A stretch of 46,977 nucleotides of DNA from Acidimicrobiales bacterium (GTDB lineage Bacteria > Actinomycetota > Acidimicrobiia > Acidimicrobiales > VFJN01): the NCBI GenBank assembly GCA_035708905.1, contig DASTFE010000225.1, positions 1 through 46,977 of the forward strand. Reading direction: 5' to 3'. Position 1 is the first letter of the stretch. The number at the start of each line of letters is the position of its first letter. This document shows, piece by piece, positions 26,307-35,571 of the stretch. Below the pieces are notes generated by a model. It was not told the origin of the DNA. It saw only the letters and a program-made list of their open reading frames with translations, and made no database searches. The position numbers were made by a program, and so were the translations under genes.

Positions 26307-27179
26307 CGCCAGATGTCGCCCCAGGTTCACCGGGGACTCGGGCGGGTAGCCGCCCTCGCCCAGCATGGCCCGCGACAAGGGCGTGAGCAGGTCGAACAGC
26401 TCGTCGGCGCGGTCACCGAGGCGGGCGACGACCTCGCGCTCCGACCGGTCGGTGGCGATCTCGATCTGCTCACGCAGGTCACGACCGGCGTCGGTGAGGG
26501 CGCCGTCGCCGTCGAGCAGCCCCCGCTCGGTCAGCCGCCCGCGGGCTGCGGCGACGTCGTCGGCGTCGTAGCCCCGGGTCCAGACGTAGCTGCCGGGCTC
26601 GATGCCCCACCAGAGCTCGGACAGCAGGGTGATCTCCGTGGAGTCGACGTGCGAGATCCAGGCGGCGACGTGGCCGTCGCCCCGGTGCTCGCGCACCCGG
26701 TCGGCCGCCCGCCACAGCCGTCCGGCCGGGTCGTCGGGTCCGGGCACCGGCAGGCCGGCCAGGCCCGAGAACAGCGGGCGCCCCGAGCCGTCGACGCCGT
26801 CGGTCATCTCCAGCAGCAGGTCGGCGGCGGCCAGGAACCGGTCGGTGGGTTCGCCGGCCATGCGGAGCATCTGGTCGCGGGCGCCCGCGAGCCGGGCGTC
26901 GAGCAGTTGCTCGGGCGTCGCCTTCTGCCACCCGCCGGTGACGGCCCGCTCGACGACCGCCGGCTTGAACGCGGCGAACACGCCGGCGACGACCCGCCAC
27001 GGCGCCGCACCCAGGCAGGCGCTGCGGCTGCAGAAGTAGCCCTCGAAGTAGTTCAGCCCCAGGGCCCGGTACCGCTCCTGCGCCTCGGGTGCGAAGTAGA
27101 CGGCGGCCGCCACGGGCTCGACCATCCGGCCGAGCCGCCGTGCCGTGGCGCGGGCGGTCGCGTCGCTGTCGGTCGTCAA
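26301..27179 (-). CDS. Conserved hypothetical protein (last gene of the thiolase operon)
   Basis: 292 aa. TTG start 9 nt after GAAGGGGA. Coding-like composition (YFAPEAQERYRALGLNYFEGYF...HRGDGHVAAW...). Family not recognised. Confidence 0.6.
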   Translation of the reverse strand: MTTDSDATARATARRLGRMVEPVAAAVYFAPEAQERYRALGLNYFEGYFCSRSACLGAAPWRVVAGVFAAFKPAVVERAVTGGWQKATPEQLLDARLAGARDQMLRMAGEPTDRFLAAADLLLEMTDGVDGSGRPLFSGLAGLPVPGPDDPAGRLWRAADRVREHRGDGHVAAWISHVDSTEITLLSELWWGIEPGSYVWTRGYDADDVAAARGRLTERGLLDGDGALTDAGRDLREQIEIATDRSEREVVARLGDRADELFDLLTPLSRAMLGEGGYPPESPVNLGRHLAS

Positions 27180-27198
27180 TGCAGCGTCCCCTTCGTGG

Positions 27199-28398
27199 TC
27201 AGCCGGACGGTTCGGTGCCCAGGATCGAGACGAAGCTCACCATCTCGCCCGGGTAGCCGCCCAGGTTGTGCGTGAGCGCCAGGTTGCGGTCGCCGAGCGT
27301 GGCGATGCGGCGCTCGGCCGGTGCCTCGCCCCGGAGCTGCAGCCAGGCCTCGAACATCATGCGCAGGCCGCTGGCCCCCACCGGATGGCCGAACGACTTG
27401 AGGCCGCCGTCGGGGTTGACCGGCAGCTCGCCGTGCAGGTCGAAGGTGCCGGCCAGCACCTCCTTCCAGGCGGTGCCCCGGTCGGCGAACTGCAGGTCCT
27501 CCATCAGCACCAGCTCGGTGGGCGTGAAGCAGTCGTGCACCTCGGCCATGGCGATCTCGGCGCGGGGATCGGTCACGCCGGCCTGGGCGTAGGCGTCGCG
27601 GGCGCAGGCGACGATCTCGGGGAACGTCGTGTAGTCGTAGGACGGGTCGGTCAGGCCCGAGCCGTTGCCGGCGACGAACGACAGCGCCTTCACGTACAGG
27701 GGACGGTCGGTGTAGCGGTGGGCGTCCTCGGCCCGGACCACGATGGCAGCAGCGGCGCCGTCGGCCACGCCGGCGCAGTCGAACACCGACAGGTCGCCCG
27801 CCACGGCCGGCATGGCGCAGATCTGGTCGACCGACATCTCGCGGCGGAACTGGGCCCGCTCGTTGCGGGCGCCGTTGTGGTGGTTCTTCGAGGCGATGCG
27901 GGCGAGCACCCGGCGCAGCTCACCGCGCTCGACGCCGTAGCGCTCGGCGTAGGCGGGGGCCACCATCGAGAACATGGCGGCGGCGGTGAGCGTGCGGTTG
28001 GTGCCGTCGGTGGGGATCGGGAAGGCGTTCAGGCCCTGGTAGCCCCCGTCCTTGACCTTCTCGACCCCGACGGCCATGGCGATGTCGTAGGCGCCGGCGG
28101 CCACGGCGTACGCCGCCTGGCGCAGCGCTTCCGAGCCGGTGGCACACATGTTCTCGACCCGGGTGACGGGCTTGCCCTCGAGCCGGAGCGGCTTGGCCAG
28201 CACCATGCCGCTCATCCCCGACTGGGCGGTGCCGAGCCAGTAGGCGTCGACCTCGTCCGCAGTGACCCCGGCGCCCGCGAAGGCCTCGCCCGTGGCGTCG
28301 AGCAGCAGCTCGTCGACGCCCTTGTCCCAGTGCTCGGCGAACCGGGTGCAGCCCATGCCGACGATGGCCACCCGGTCGCGGATGCCGTGCGAGCCCAT
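27199..28398 (-). CDS. SCP2/lipid-transfer-type thiolase (acetyl-CoA C-acyltransferase-like)
   Basis: 399 aa. VAIVGMGCTRF, nucleophile Cys in VENMCATGSEAL, the HDCF motif (AEVHDCFTPTE) typical of SCP2-type thiolases, GHPVGASG, HNLGG. Confidence 0.9.
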   Translation of the reverse strand: MGSHGIRDRVAIVGMGCTRFAEHWDKGVDELLLDATGEAFAGAGVTADEVDAYWLGTAQSGMSGMVLAKPLRLEGKPVTRVENMCATGSEALRQAAYAVAAGAYDIAMAVGVEKVKDGGYQGLNAFPIPTDGTNRTLTAAAMFSMVAPAYAERYGVERGELRRVLARIASKNHHNGARNERAQFRREMSVDQICAMPAVAGDLSVFDCAGVADGAAAAIVVRAEDAHRYTDRPLYVKALSFVAGNGSGLTDPSYDYTTFPEIVACARDAYAQAGVTDPRAEIAMAEVHDCFTPTELVLMEDLQFADRGTAWKEVLAGTFDLHGELPVNPDGGLKSFGHPVGASGLRMMFEAWLQLRGEAPAERRIATLGDRNLALTHNLGGYPGEMVSFVSILGTEPSG

Positions 28399-28400
28399 GG

Positions 28401-29813
28401 TCAGCTCCCCTCGCTGGTGGCCGCGCCGGCGGTGCGCACCGGGCAGGCCTTCCAGAAGTAGTTGTGGATGCCGTCGGCCGTGAACAGCTTGCGGAACGTC
28501 ATCTCGACCCGGCCGCCGATGGCGACGTCGTCCGGGTCGACGTCGGTCAGCTCGACCGGCAGGCGGCCCCCGCCGTCGAAGTCGACCACGGCGAACACGA
28601 CGGGCGGCGAGGGCGAGTAGGCCAGCCGGTCGACCGTGTAGGTGACGACCGTGCCGGTGCTGTCGGCCATCGGGCGCTCGCGGTCGTCACCGGGCGCCGG
28701 GGGCAGGTGCACGTGGCCGGCGCCGTCCTGCGAGGCCACGAAGCCGAACTTCCAGTCCCGCGAGCGCGCCGCGGCCGACGCCGAGGGGCGGGCGGGCTCG
28801 GGCCGGCGCGGCGGCTCGACCGGCAGGTGGCCGCGCCAGGCGAGCGCCTTGCCGTAGGGCACCGGGCCGCCGGCGGCGACCTGGTCGGCGACGCTGGGGG
28901 CGGGACGGCCGGCGACGAGCGCCTCGGTGGTGCGCACGACCAGCACGTCGGCGCCGTCGGCCAGCACGACGACGGCGATGGTCTCGCCGGGGCCGGCGGC
29001 GTCGAGCGCGCGGGCGAGCAGCAGGGCGGGGTGGGCGGCGCCGGTGAAGCCCACCGTGGCGTCGAGTCCGGCGTCGAGCCGGTCGCCCAGACCGAGCTTG
29101 CGGCCCAGGGCGGTGCCGGCCCGGGCGTGCGAGGTGGCGACGACGACCCTGTCGACCGCGTCGGCGGCGAGGCCGGCGCCAGCGAGGGCGTCGTGCCAGG
29201 CGGCGAGGCCGAGGTCGACATAGCGGGTCTCGCCGAAGCGCTCCTCCCACACCTTCGAGTGGGCGTCGCCCGGCGTGCGCCAGCGGTCGAGGAACTCCTC
29301 GGTGGCGCTGACCGTCGCCACCACCTCGGCGAGCAGCGGGCCGTCGTACGCCGTCCCGACCAGCAGGGCGGCGGCGCCGTCGCCGCCGGTGGCCTCGTCG
29401 GGCGAGCCGGGCCGGCCGGTGCGGATGTCGCCGGCGACGACCAGCGCGGGCGTCCCGGTGCCGAGCCCGGCCCGCAGCGCACCGACCGCGGACCGCACGG
29501 CGCCGTTGACGTCGAAGGCCGGCGCCCCGGCCGGCAGGCGCAGCGCGGCGTGCAGGGCCGTGGCGTTGGTCTTGTCGAGGTAGGGCGGGCTGGTGGTGGC
29601 GAACCACAGCGACGCCGGGGCGGCGTCGCGCGGCGCTGCGGCCAGGGCCGTGCGGGCGGCGGCGACACCCATGGTGGTGGCGTCCTCGTCGTACGAGGCG
29701 ACGGTGCGGGTGCCCGCCCCGCCCCCGGTGCCGGCCACGGGGCGGATCTCCGACCGGTCGAGGCGGCGGTACGGCAGGTAGGCGCCGTAGCTCAGGATCC
29801 CCCGTGGTGCCAT
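28401..29813 (-). CDS. HMG-CoA-synthase-like domain fused to a DUF35-type OB-fold domain
   Basis: 470 aa. The N-terminal ~340 aa align by eye to HMGCS/KAS-III-like proteins (ILSYGAYLPYRRL, SYDEDATTMGVAAA, GGDGAAALLVG). The C-terminal ~110 aa form a DUF35 OB-fold (GTVVTYTVDRLAYSP..VVFAVVDFDGGGRLPVELTD..IGGRVEMTF). Confidence 0.8.
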   Translation of the reverse strand: MAPRGILSYGAYLPYRRLDRSEIRPVAGTGGGAGTRTVASYDEDATTMGVAAARTALAAAPRDAAPASLWFATTSPPYLDKTNATALHAALRLPAGAPAFDVNGAVRSAVGALRAGLGTGTPALVVAGDIRTGRPGSPDEATGGDGAAALLVGTAYDGPLLAEVVATVSATEEFLDRWRTPGDAHSKVWEERFGETRYVDLGLAAWHDALAGAGLAADAVDRVVVATSHARAGTALGRKLGLGDRLDAGLDATVGFTGAAHPALLLARALDAAGPGETIAVVVLADGADVLVVRTTEALVAGRPAPSVADQVAAGGPVPYGKALAWRGHLPVEPPRRPEPARPSASAAARSRDWKFGFVASQDGAGHVHLPPAPGDDRERPMADSTGTVVTYTVDRLAYSPSPPVVFAVVDFDGGGRLPVELTDVDPDDVAIGGRVEMTFRKLFTADGIHNYFWKACPVRTAGAATSEGS

Positions 29814-29832
29814 GCGGTCAGGCTACGGCGGC

Positions 29833-29851
29833 ATCTGACGGGTCGTCACAT
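29833..29851. promoter_or_regulatory. Palindromic operator candidate, family ATCTGAC-N5-GTCAGAT (site C)
   Basis: ATCTGAC GGGTC GTCACAT has one arm mismatch. On the minus strand the layout is operator-N7-TAGCCT(29820-29825)-N6-ATG(29813) of the HMGCS-like gene. Confidence 0.65.
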
Positions 29852-30004
29852 CTCGCGGGACACGTCAGCCGCCCCTCGCCGCACGGGCGGTGCGCAGACG
29901 CGCCGGCGACGACGGCGAGGCCCCAGCGCCCGACCGCCTCGATGTCGGCGACGACCTGCGCGGCGGCGTCTCCGGCCCGGAGGTAGGTGATGGCCACGTC
30001 GGCG

Positions 30005-31498
30005 TCACTCGTAGTGGCGCAGCGCCTCGCGCAGCTCGTCGGGGGGCACCCGCAGGTGGCGGCACACCAGCACCGGTGTGCCCGCCATCTCGTTGGCGAC
30101 CCCGTCGATCGTCTGGACCACGGCGACCGGGCCGAGGACGTCGCAGTACGGCGCGAGGGTGCTCGGCCGGTAGCGGACCGTGACGAACGTGCCGGCCGGC
30201 TCGCCGTCCGGCCACCAGTCGGCGTAGCTGTTGTGGGCCGACAGCGCGGTGCCCCGCGGCAGCCCCCGGGCGGGGCCGTACAGGTCGATCGCGGCCGCCT
30301 CGCCGTAGCTGGCGGTGATCACGCGCACGTCCGCCCGCTCGTCGGCCGGCAGCACCTCGACGACGGCGGCGACCACGTCGACCATCTCGGGCCAGCCGAC
30401 CTGCTCGCCCAGCTCGTCGTTCACGTCGTGGAGGACGTCGGCGTACACGTCCACGGGCGCGACCGGCACGACGACGGCCAGCGGGATCAGCCCGTTGGCC
30501 GCCAGCGCCGCCACCGCTCGCCGCCACCGCTGCCGCCGGGCCGACAGCCACGGCGCCGCGGCCACCGCGCCCGCCGCCGCCCCGAGCGCGTACAGCGGAC
30601 CGAGGTAGTAGGCCTTGCCCCCCACCACCAGCAGCACCAGGGCCACGGTCGCCGAGGCCACCGCCAACACCCGCCACCGGGCGTCGCGCCACAGCCACAC
30701 CAGGCCGGCGCCCACCAACGGCACCGCCAGCGGACCGACGAACGCGACCTGCCGCAGCACGAAGCCGGCCGGGCCCTCCTCGTCGCGCACCTGGGCGTTG
30801 TTGTTGCGCGTGAACTCGAGCGTCGGCCAGTCGTTGGCCGCCTGCCAGGCCAGGTTGGGCAACCACAGCACCAGCGCCACCGCGGCGCCCGCCCACAGCC
30901 AGGGCGTGCGCAGGTGGCGGCGCGCGGAGGGCACCGCCACCAGCCCGGCGGCCAGCCCCACGCCGAGCAGGGCGATCGTCCACTTGGTCTGCAGGCCGAC
31001 GCCCGCGACGGCGCCGACGCCCAGCCACCAGCGCGAGTCCGCGCCCTTCAGCAGGCGCACGACCAGCAGCACCACCACCGCCCACCAGAGCTGGTCGAGC
31101 ACGACCGTCTGGAACAGCGAGCCCGTGGCCAGGTACAGCGGCATGGTCGCGGTCGCCAGCGCAGCCAGGATGGCCGCCCGCCCGTCGCCGCCCAGCTCGC
31201 GGGCGATCGACGCGGCCACGACGACCACCGCGGCGTGCGCCGCGCCGGCCACGGCCCGCAGGGCCCAGAGGTGCTCCCCCACCAGCCCGGTGATCGCCCG
31301 GGCCAGCAGCGGGACCAGGGGCGGCTGGTCGACGTAGCCGAGCGCCGGGTGCCGGCCCGCGGCGAGGTGGTACAGCTCGTCGCGGTGGAAGCCGTAGCGG
31401 CCGCCGAGCACCAGGTGGAGAGCGAGCACCCCGCCGGCGATCACCAGGTCGGGGCGCACGCGACGGCCCACGCCGGCGCCGGCGTGCGTCTGGGTCAC
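30005..31498 (-). CDS. GT39/GT-C family membrane glycosyltransferase (PMT/ArnT-like)
   Basis: About 497 aa from GTG 31498, with many TM helices. First-loop motif FHRDELYHLAAGRHPALGYVDQPPLVPLLA and a soluble C-terminal domain. The track start 31612 would run through the operator and the neighbouring start codon. Confidence 0.78.
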   Translation of the reverse strand: MTQTHAGAGVGRRVRPDLVIAGGVLALHLVLGGRYGFHRDELYHLAAGRHPALGYVDQPPLVPLLARAITGLVGEHLWALRAVAGAAHAAVVVVAASIARELGGDGRAAILAALATATMPLYLATGSLFQTVVLDQLWWAVVVLLVVRLLKGADSRWWLGVGAVAGVGLQTKWTIALLGVGLAAGLVAVPSARRHLRTPWLWAGAAVALVLWLPNLAWQAANDWPTLEFTRNNNAQVRDEEGPAGFVLRQVAFVGPLAVPLVGAGLVWLWRDARWRVLAVASATVALVLLVVGGKAYYLGPLYALGAAAGAVAAAPWLSARRQRWRRAVAALAANGLIPLAVVVPVAPVDVYADVLHDVNDELGEQVGWPEMVDVVAAVVEVLPADERADVRVITASYGEAAAIDLYGPARGLPRGTALSAHNSYADWWPDGEPAGTFVTVRYRPSTLAPYCDVLGPVAVVQTIDGVANEMAGTPVLVCRHLRVPPDELREALRHYE

Positions 31499-31576
31499 TG
31501 GACGCCATGATGCCTGCGGGCGCCGGCGCGTGCCGGGCCGCGGGCCCTGCGGGCCGCTACCAGGTGACCACCCGAG

Positions 31577-31595
31577 ATCTGACGGACCGTCACAT
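31577..31595. promoter_or_regulatory. Palindromic operator candidate, family ATCTGAC-N5-GTCAGAT (site D)
   Basis: ATCTGAC GGACC GTCACAT is followed by N7, TAGCCT (31603-31608), N6 and ATG 31615. It lies in the divergent region shared with the GT39 gene. Confidence 0.65.
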
Positions 31596-31614
31596 CCGGT
31601 CGTAGCCTGCATCC

Positions 31615-32871
31615 ATGCAGCTCGGTGACGTGGCGAACGCGGGCGCGGCCGCCTACGGCAAGCCGCTCGACGGCGTCCGCGTGCTGGCCGCCGAGCAGAT
31701 GCAGGCGCTCCCCTTCGCCACCCAGGTGCTCGCCCGGCTGGGCGCGGACGTGGTGAAGGTCGAGCACCCGATCGCCGGCGAGTCGGGGCGGGGCTCGTTC
31801 CCCCACATGGTCGACCCGGAGGGGCGCACGGTGGGCGCCACGTTCCTGCGCAACAACCTGGGCAAGCGCAGCGTCGGCGTCGACCTCAAGCACCCGCGGG
31901 GCCGCGAGCTGTTCCTGTCACTCGTGCCCAGGTTCGACGTGGTCTGCGAGAACTTCAAGGCGGGCACGATGGACCGCCTCGGCCTCGGCTACGACGTCAT
32001 CGCCGAGCGGCACCCGGCGGCGATCCTGCTCTCGCTCTCGGGGTTCGGCAACACCGTCGCCACCCCGTACCGGTCGTGGCCGGCGTACGCCTCGATCGTC
32101 GAGGCCATGTCGGGCATCTACGAGTACAAGCGCGAGCCGGGGCGGGGCCCGCGGGCCAACCCGGTGGGTGCCCTGGGTGACATCAGCTCGGCGCTGTTCG
32201 GCACGATCGGCGTGCTCGCCGCCTTGCGGCACCGCGACCGGACCGGCGAGGGCCAGCACGTCGACGTGGCCATGCTCGACGCCGTCGTGGCCATGACCGA
32301 CATCGTCGCCAACCTGTGGTCGATGGGGGTCCACGGGCCCGTCGAGCAGGAGATCAAGGCGATCGTCGACACGTTCGCGGCCGGCGACGGCTGGTTCGTG
32401 CTCCAGTGCGTGCGGCCGCAGCACTTCACCGCGCTCGCCGAGGTGATCGGCCGCCCCGAGTGGAACGACGATCCCCGCTTCGCCACGTCGGCGGGCTGGA
32501 TCGACAACATGGACGAGGCCCGCGCCGCGATCGAGTCGTGGGCCCGCCCGCTCACCAGGTTCGAGGCCGCGGCCGCCCTCAGCGCCGCGGGCCTGGCCGC
32601 GGGCCCGTGCCTGACCCCGCCCGAGGTGATCGCCGACCCCCACGTCCGGGCTCGCGACATGCTGGTCGAGGTGCCCCGCAGCGACGACCCCGAGGGCACG
32701 CAGGGGCCCGTCCTCGTGCCGGGCAACCCGATCAAGATGTCGAAGGTGGCCGAGGGGCCCGAGACCCGGGTGCCCTGGCTGGGCGAGCACACCGACGAGG
32801 TGCTGGCCGGCGAGCTGGGCCTGGGCGAGGACGACCTGGCGGCCCTGCGGGCCGACGGCGTCATCGCCTGA
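31615..32871 (+). CDS. Family III (CaiB/BaiF) CoA-transferase
   Basis: 418 aa. LDGVRVLAAEQMQALPFATQVLARLGADVVKVE, VVCENFKAGTMDRLGLGY, SGFG. Confidence 0.9.
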   Translation: MQLGDVANAGAAAYGKPLDGVRVLAAEQMQALPFATQVLARLGADVVKVEHPIAGESGRGSFPHMVDPEGRTVGATFLRNNLGKRSVGVDLKHPRGRELFLSLVPRFDVVCENFKAGTMDRLGLGYDVIAERHPAAILLSLSGFGNTVATPYRSWPAYASIVEAMSGIYEYKREPGRGPRANPVGALGDISSALFGTIGVLAALRHRDRTGEGQHVDVAMLDAVVAMTDIVANLWSMGVHGPVEQEIKAIVDTFAAGDGWFVLQCVRPQHFTALAEVIGRPEWNDDPRFATSAGWIDNMDEARAAIESWARPLTRFEAAAALSAAGLAAGPCLTPPEVIADPHVRARDMLVEVPRSDDPEGTQGPVLVPGNPIKMSKVAEGPETRVPWLGEHTDEVLAGELGLGEDDLAALRADGVIA

Positions 32872-32909
32872 GTCGGGCACCCGACCGCCCGGCCGACGAT
32901 GATGAGGCG

Positions 32910-33923
32910 GTGCCGTACACCGTCGACCTGGTGCTGTCCGGCCTGCGCCTGCGGCACAAGCGAGCCCACGCCCTGCTGGTGAGCGACTTCGTGAGCTGGG
33001 CGCGCGTCGAGTTCCTCGGCGCGGCGGCCTCCACCGGGGTGCTCGCCGGCCTGGTCGAGCCCCGCACGGTGGACGAGCTCGCCGGCGACCTCGGCGTCAC
33101 CGACCGGGGACTGCTCGGTGCGCTGCTGCACCTGGGCGAGTCGGTCGGCGAGCTGGCGGTCGACGGCGACCGGTGGCGGCTGGCCGGGTCCCGGTCGCGG
33201 GCCATGGTCGACCCCGCCGTCGACGGCCTGGCGGCGCTGCCCGAGGAGGCGGTGCTCTACGGCACCGACGTGTACCGGCGCCTGGCCGAGCGCCTGCGGG
33301 GAGGGGCCCCGGGCGACTACCTCGACGACCACGGCGAGCTGGTCGCCCGCACGTCCCGGGTGGCCGAGCCCATCTTCGGTCCCCTGATCGCCGACGTCGT
33401 GCGCGCCCACCGGCCGGCCTCGGTGCTCGAGGTCGGGTGCGGCTCGGGCGTCAACCTGCGGCACGTGGCGGCCGCCTCGGCCGACGCCACGGGCGCGGGC
33501 ATCGACGTCGATGCCGGTGTCGTCGAGCTCGCCCGGCGCAACCTCGACGCCTGGGGCCTGGCCGGCCGGTTCCGGGCCGAGCACGGCGACGTCCGCCACC
33601 TCGGCGACGACATGGCGGGTCCGTGGGACCTCGTGCTGCTGTTCCAGAACATCTACTACTTCCCCGTCGCCGAGCGCCCCGAGCTGCTCCGCCGGCTGCG
33701 GTCGCTGGCGCCCGCCGGCGTCGTCGTGATCGCCACGGCCGTGGCCGGCACGGGAGACCCGGCCGCCGCCCACCTCGACGTGGTGCTGCGCTCGACGGCC
33801 GGAAACACGCCGCTGCCGACCGTCGCCGAGCTGCGGGCCGACCTGGCCGGCGCCGGCTTCGCCACCGTGACGGCGCGGCGCCTGGCCCCGCGGCAACCGC
33901 TGCGGGCGTTCGTGGCGCGCTGA
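32910..33923 (+). CDS. SAM-dependent (O-)methyltransferase with N-terminal winged-helix/dimerisation-like region
   Basis: SAM motif I VLEVGCGSGVN, then GIDVD, then LVLLFQNIYYF. About 130 aa of N-terminal helical domain. The GTG 32910 start is tentative; the stop at 33921-33923 is secure. Confidence 0.75.
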   Translation: MPYTVDLVLSGLRLRHKRAHALLVSDFVSWARVEFLGAAASTGVLAGLVEPRTVDELAGDLGVTDRGLLGALLHLGESVGELAVDGDRWRLAGSRSRAMVDPAVDGLAALPEEAVLYGTDVYRRLAERLRGGAPGDYLDDHGELVARTSRVAEPIFGPLIADVVRAHRPASVLEVGCGSGVNLRHVAAASADATGAGIDVDAGVVELARRNLDAWGLAGRFRAEHGDVRHLGDDMAGPWDLVLLFQNIYYFPVAERPELLRRLRSLAPAGVVVIATAVAGTGDPAAAHLDVVLRSTAGNTPLPTVAELRADLAGAGFATVTARRLAPRQPLRAFVAR

Positions 33924-33945
33924 CCGGCCCGGATAGCGTCCGGCG

Positions 33946-34389
33946 ATGCACGCCGACCGCTTCGCTCCCCTGCCGGCCGACGTCGCCGCCCGCTGGCGCA
34001 GGTTCCCCCACTGGGACCGCACCTACTTCCCCAACCTGGTCGGCCTCCAGGTCGAGGAGCTGCGCACCGACTACTGCCGGATGCGGCTGCCCTACCGGCC
34101 CGAGCTCGAGCAGCCGGCCGGGGTCGTGCACGGCGGCGCCATCGCCACCCTGATCGACACGGTGGTCGTCCCCGCCGTGGGGGCGGCGTACGACCCGGAC
34201 TGGATCTACGTGACGCTCACGATGGACATCCAGTACCAGGGGGCCGTGGTCGGTGAGGACGCGGTCGCCGAGGGTTGGGTCACCCAGCGGGGACGGTCGA
34301 TCGTCTTCTGCCGGGCCGAGGTGACGACCGAGAGCGGCCGGCAGGCGGCGTCCGGCACCCTGACCTACAAGGTGGGCCCGCCTCGCTGA
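33946..34389 (+). CDS. PaaI/hotdog-fold acyl-CoA thioesterase
   Basis: 147 aa. GVVHGGAIATLIDTVV and RGRSIVFCRAEV are typical of PaaI/4HBT-type thioesterases. TAGCGT lies 6 nt before the ATG. Confidence 0.85.
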   Translation: MHADRFAPLPADVAARWRRFPHWDRTYFPNLVGLQVEELRTDYCRMRLPYRPELEQPAGVVHGGAIATLIDTVVVPAVGAAYDPDWIYVTLTMDIQYQGAVVGEDAVAEGWVTQRGRSIVFCRAEVTTESGRQAASGTLTYKVGPPR

Positions 34390-34427
34390 CGGCCCTCCGG
34401 TCGAGCCGCACGGCGGTAGCTGCCACG

Positions 34428-35549
34428 ATGAGGGCCATGACCGCCGCTGCCCACGAGTCGTCCCCCTCGCCCGGCTGGCTGCTGGACGAGACGGCCAGCG
34501 CCGGGCGCGAGAACCTCGACGCCGACCACGTCGCCCGGGCCGCCGTGGCCTCAGGCCGCGGTGCCGGTACGGTCACGCCCGTGGCCAAGGCTCCGGCGAC
34601 CGAGGTGCAGGTGGGCGGGCGCACCGTGCGGATCTCCAACCCGGACCGGGTGTACTTCCCCGCCACGGGGGCGACCAAGCTCGACCTGGTCGACTACTAC
34701 CTGGCGGTCGGGCCGGGCATCGTCAACGCCCTGCGCGAGCGGCCCTGCATGATGCACCGCTTCCCCACCGGGGTCAGCGGCGAGAAGGTCCACCAGAAGC
34801 GCGTGCCCGCCGGGGCGCCGCCGTGGCTCGAGACCGTGCGGGTCCACTTCCCCCGCTACGGGCAGCACGCCGACGAGCTGTGCGTGACCGAGCTGGCCCA
34901 CGTGATCTGGGCGGTGCAGATGTCGACCGTCGAGTTCCACCCGTGGAACTCCCGGCGGGCCGACGTCGAGAAGCCGGACGAGTGGCGGATCGACCTCGAC
35001 CCCATGCCGGACTGCCCGCTCGCCACCGTCCGCCGGGTGGCCGAGGTCGTGCACGAGGTGCTGGACGAGCTCGGGGCGGTGGGCTGGCCCAAGACCTCCG
35101 GCGGCAACGGGATCCACGTCTACGTGCGCATCGAGCCGTCGTTCGGGTTCGCCGACGTGCGCCGCGCCGCGCTGGCGTTCGCCCGCGAGGTCGAGCGCCG
35201 GGCGCCGGACGCGGTGACGACCACCTGGTGGCGCAAGGACCGCGACCCCACCGCGGTGTTCGTGGACTACAACCAGAACGCCCGCGACCACACCATGGCC
35301 GCGGCGTACTCGGTGCGCGGCCTCCCCGAGGCCACGGTGTCGACGCCGATCACGTGGGACGAGGTCGACGCCGTCGAGCCGGGCGACTGCACCATTGCGA
35401 CCGTGCCCCGGCGCTTCGCCGAGGTCGGCGACCTCCACGCGGGCATCGACCGCGCCACCTTCGCCATCGACGAGCTGCTCGAGTGGGCCGAGCGTGACGA
35501 GCGCGCCGGCGCGGTCGACGCCGGCGAACCGGACGACCAGCAGGGCTGA
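34428..35549 (+). CDS. Stand-alone LigD-type primase-polymerase (PolDom) protein
   Basis: RISNPDRVYFP..TKLDLVDYY, FPTGVSGEKVHQKR, EFHPW, WRIDLDP (metal Asp pair), KTSGGNGIHVYV, VDYNQNARDHT. The ~55-aa N-terminal extension means the start is uncertain. Confidence 0.85.
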   Translation: MRAMTAAAHESSPSPGWLLDETASAGRENLDADHVARAAVASGRGAGTVTPVAKAPATEVQVGGRTVRISNPDRVYFPATGATKLDLVDYYLAVGPGIVNALRERPCMMHRFPTGVSGEKVHQKRVPAGAPPWLETVRVHFPRYGQHADELCVTELAHVIWAVQMSTVEFHPWNSRRADVEKPDEWRIDLDPMPDCPLATVRRVAEVVHEVLDELGAVGWPKTSGGNGIHVYVRIEPSFGFADVRRAALAFAREVERRAPDAVTTTWWRKDRDPTAVFVDYNQNARDHTMAAAYSVRGLPEATVSTPITWDEVDAVEPGDCTIATVPRRFAEVGDLHAGIDRATFAIDELLEWAERDERAGAVDAGEPDDQQG

Positions 35550-35571
35550 CTCACCGGCCACACTGGCGGGC

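Noticed and set aside
31499-31612. Longer start (31612) for the GT39 gene
   Set aside because: It would overlap operator site D, the TAGCCT -10 and nearly the start codon of the divergent CoA-transferase. The extra 38 aa are Gly/Pro/Arg junk. GTG 31498 precedes the first TM helix.
8547-34389. A natural-product biosynthetic cluster (GT1, MFS, methyltransferases, thioesterase, acyl-CoA ligases)
   Set aside because: There is no PKS, NRPS, terpene synthase, RiPP precursor or other core scaffold enzyme. The surrounding genes (ACADs, crotonases, thiolase, hydratase, CoA-transferases) are degradative.
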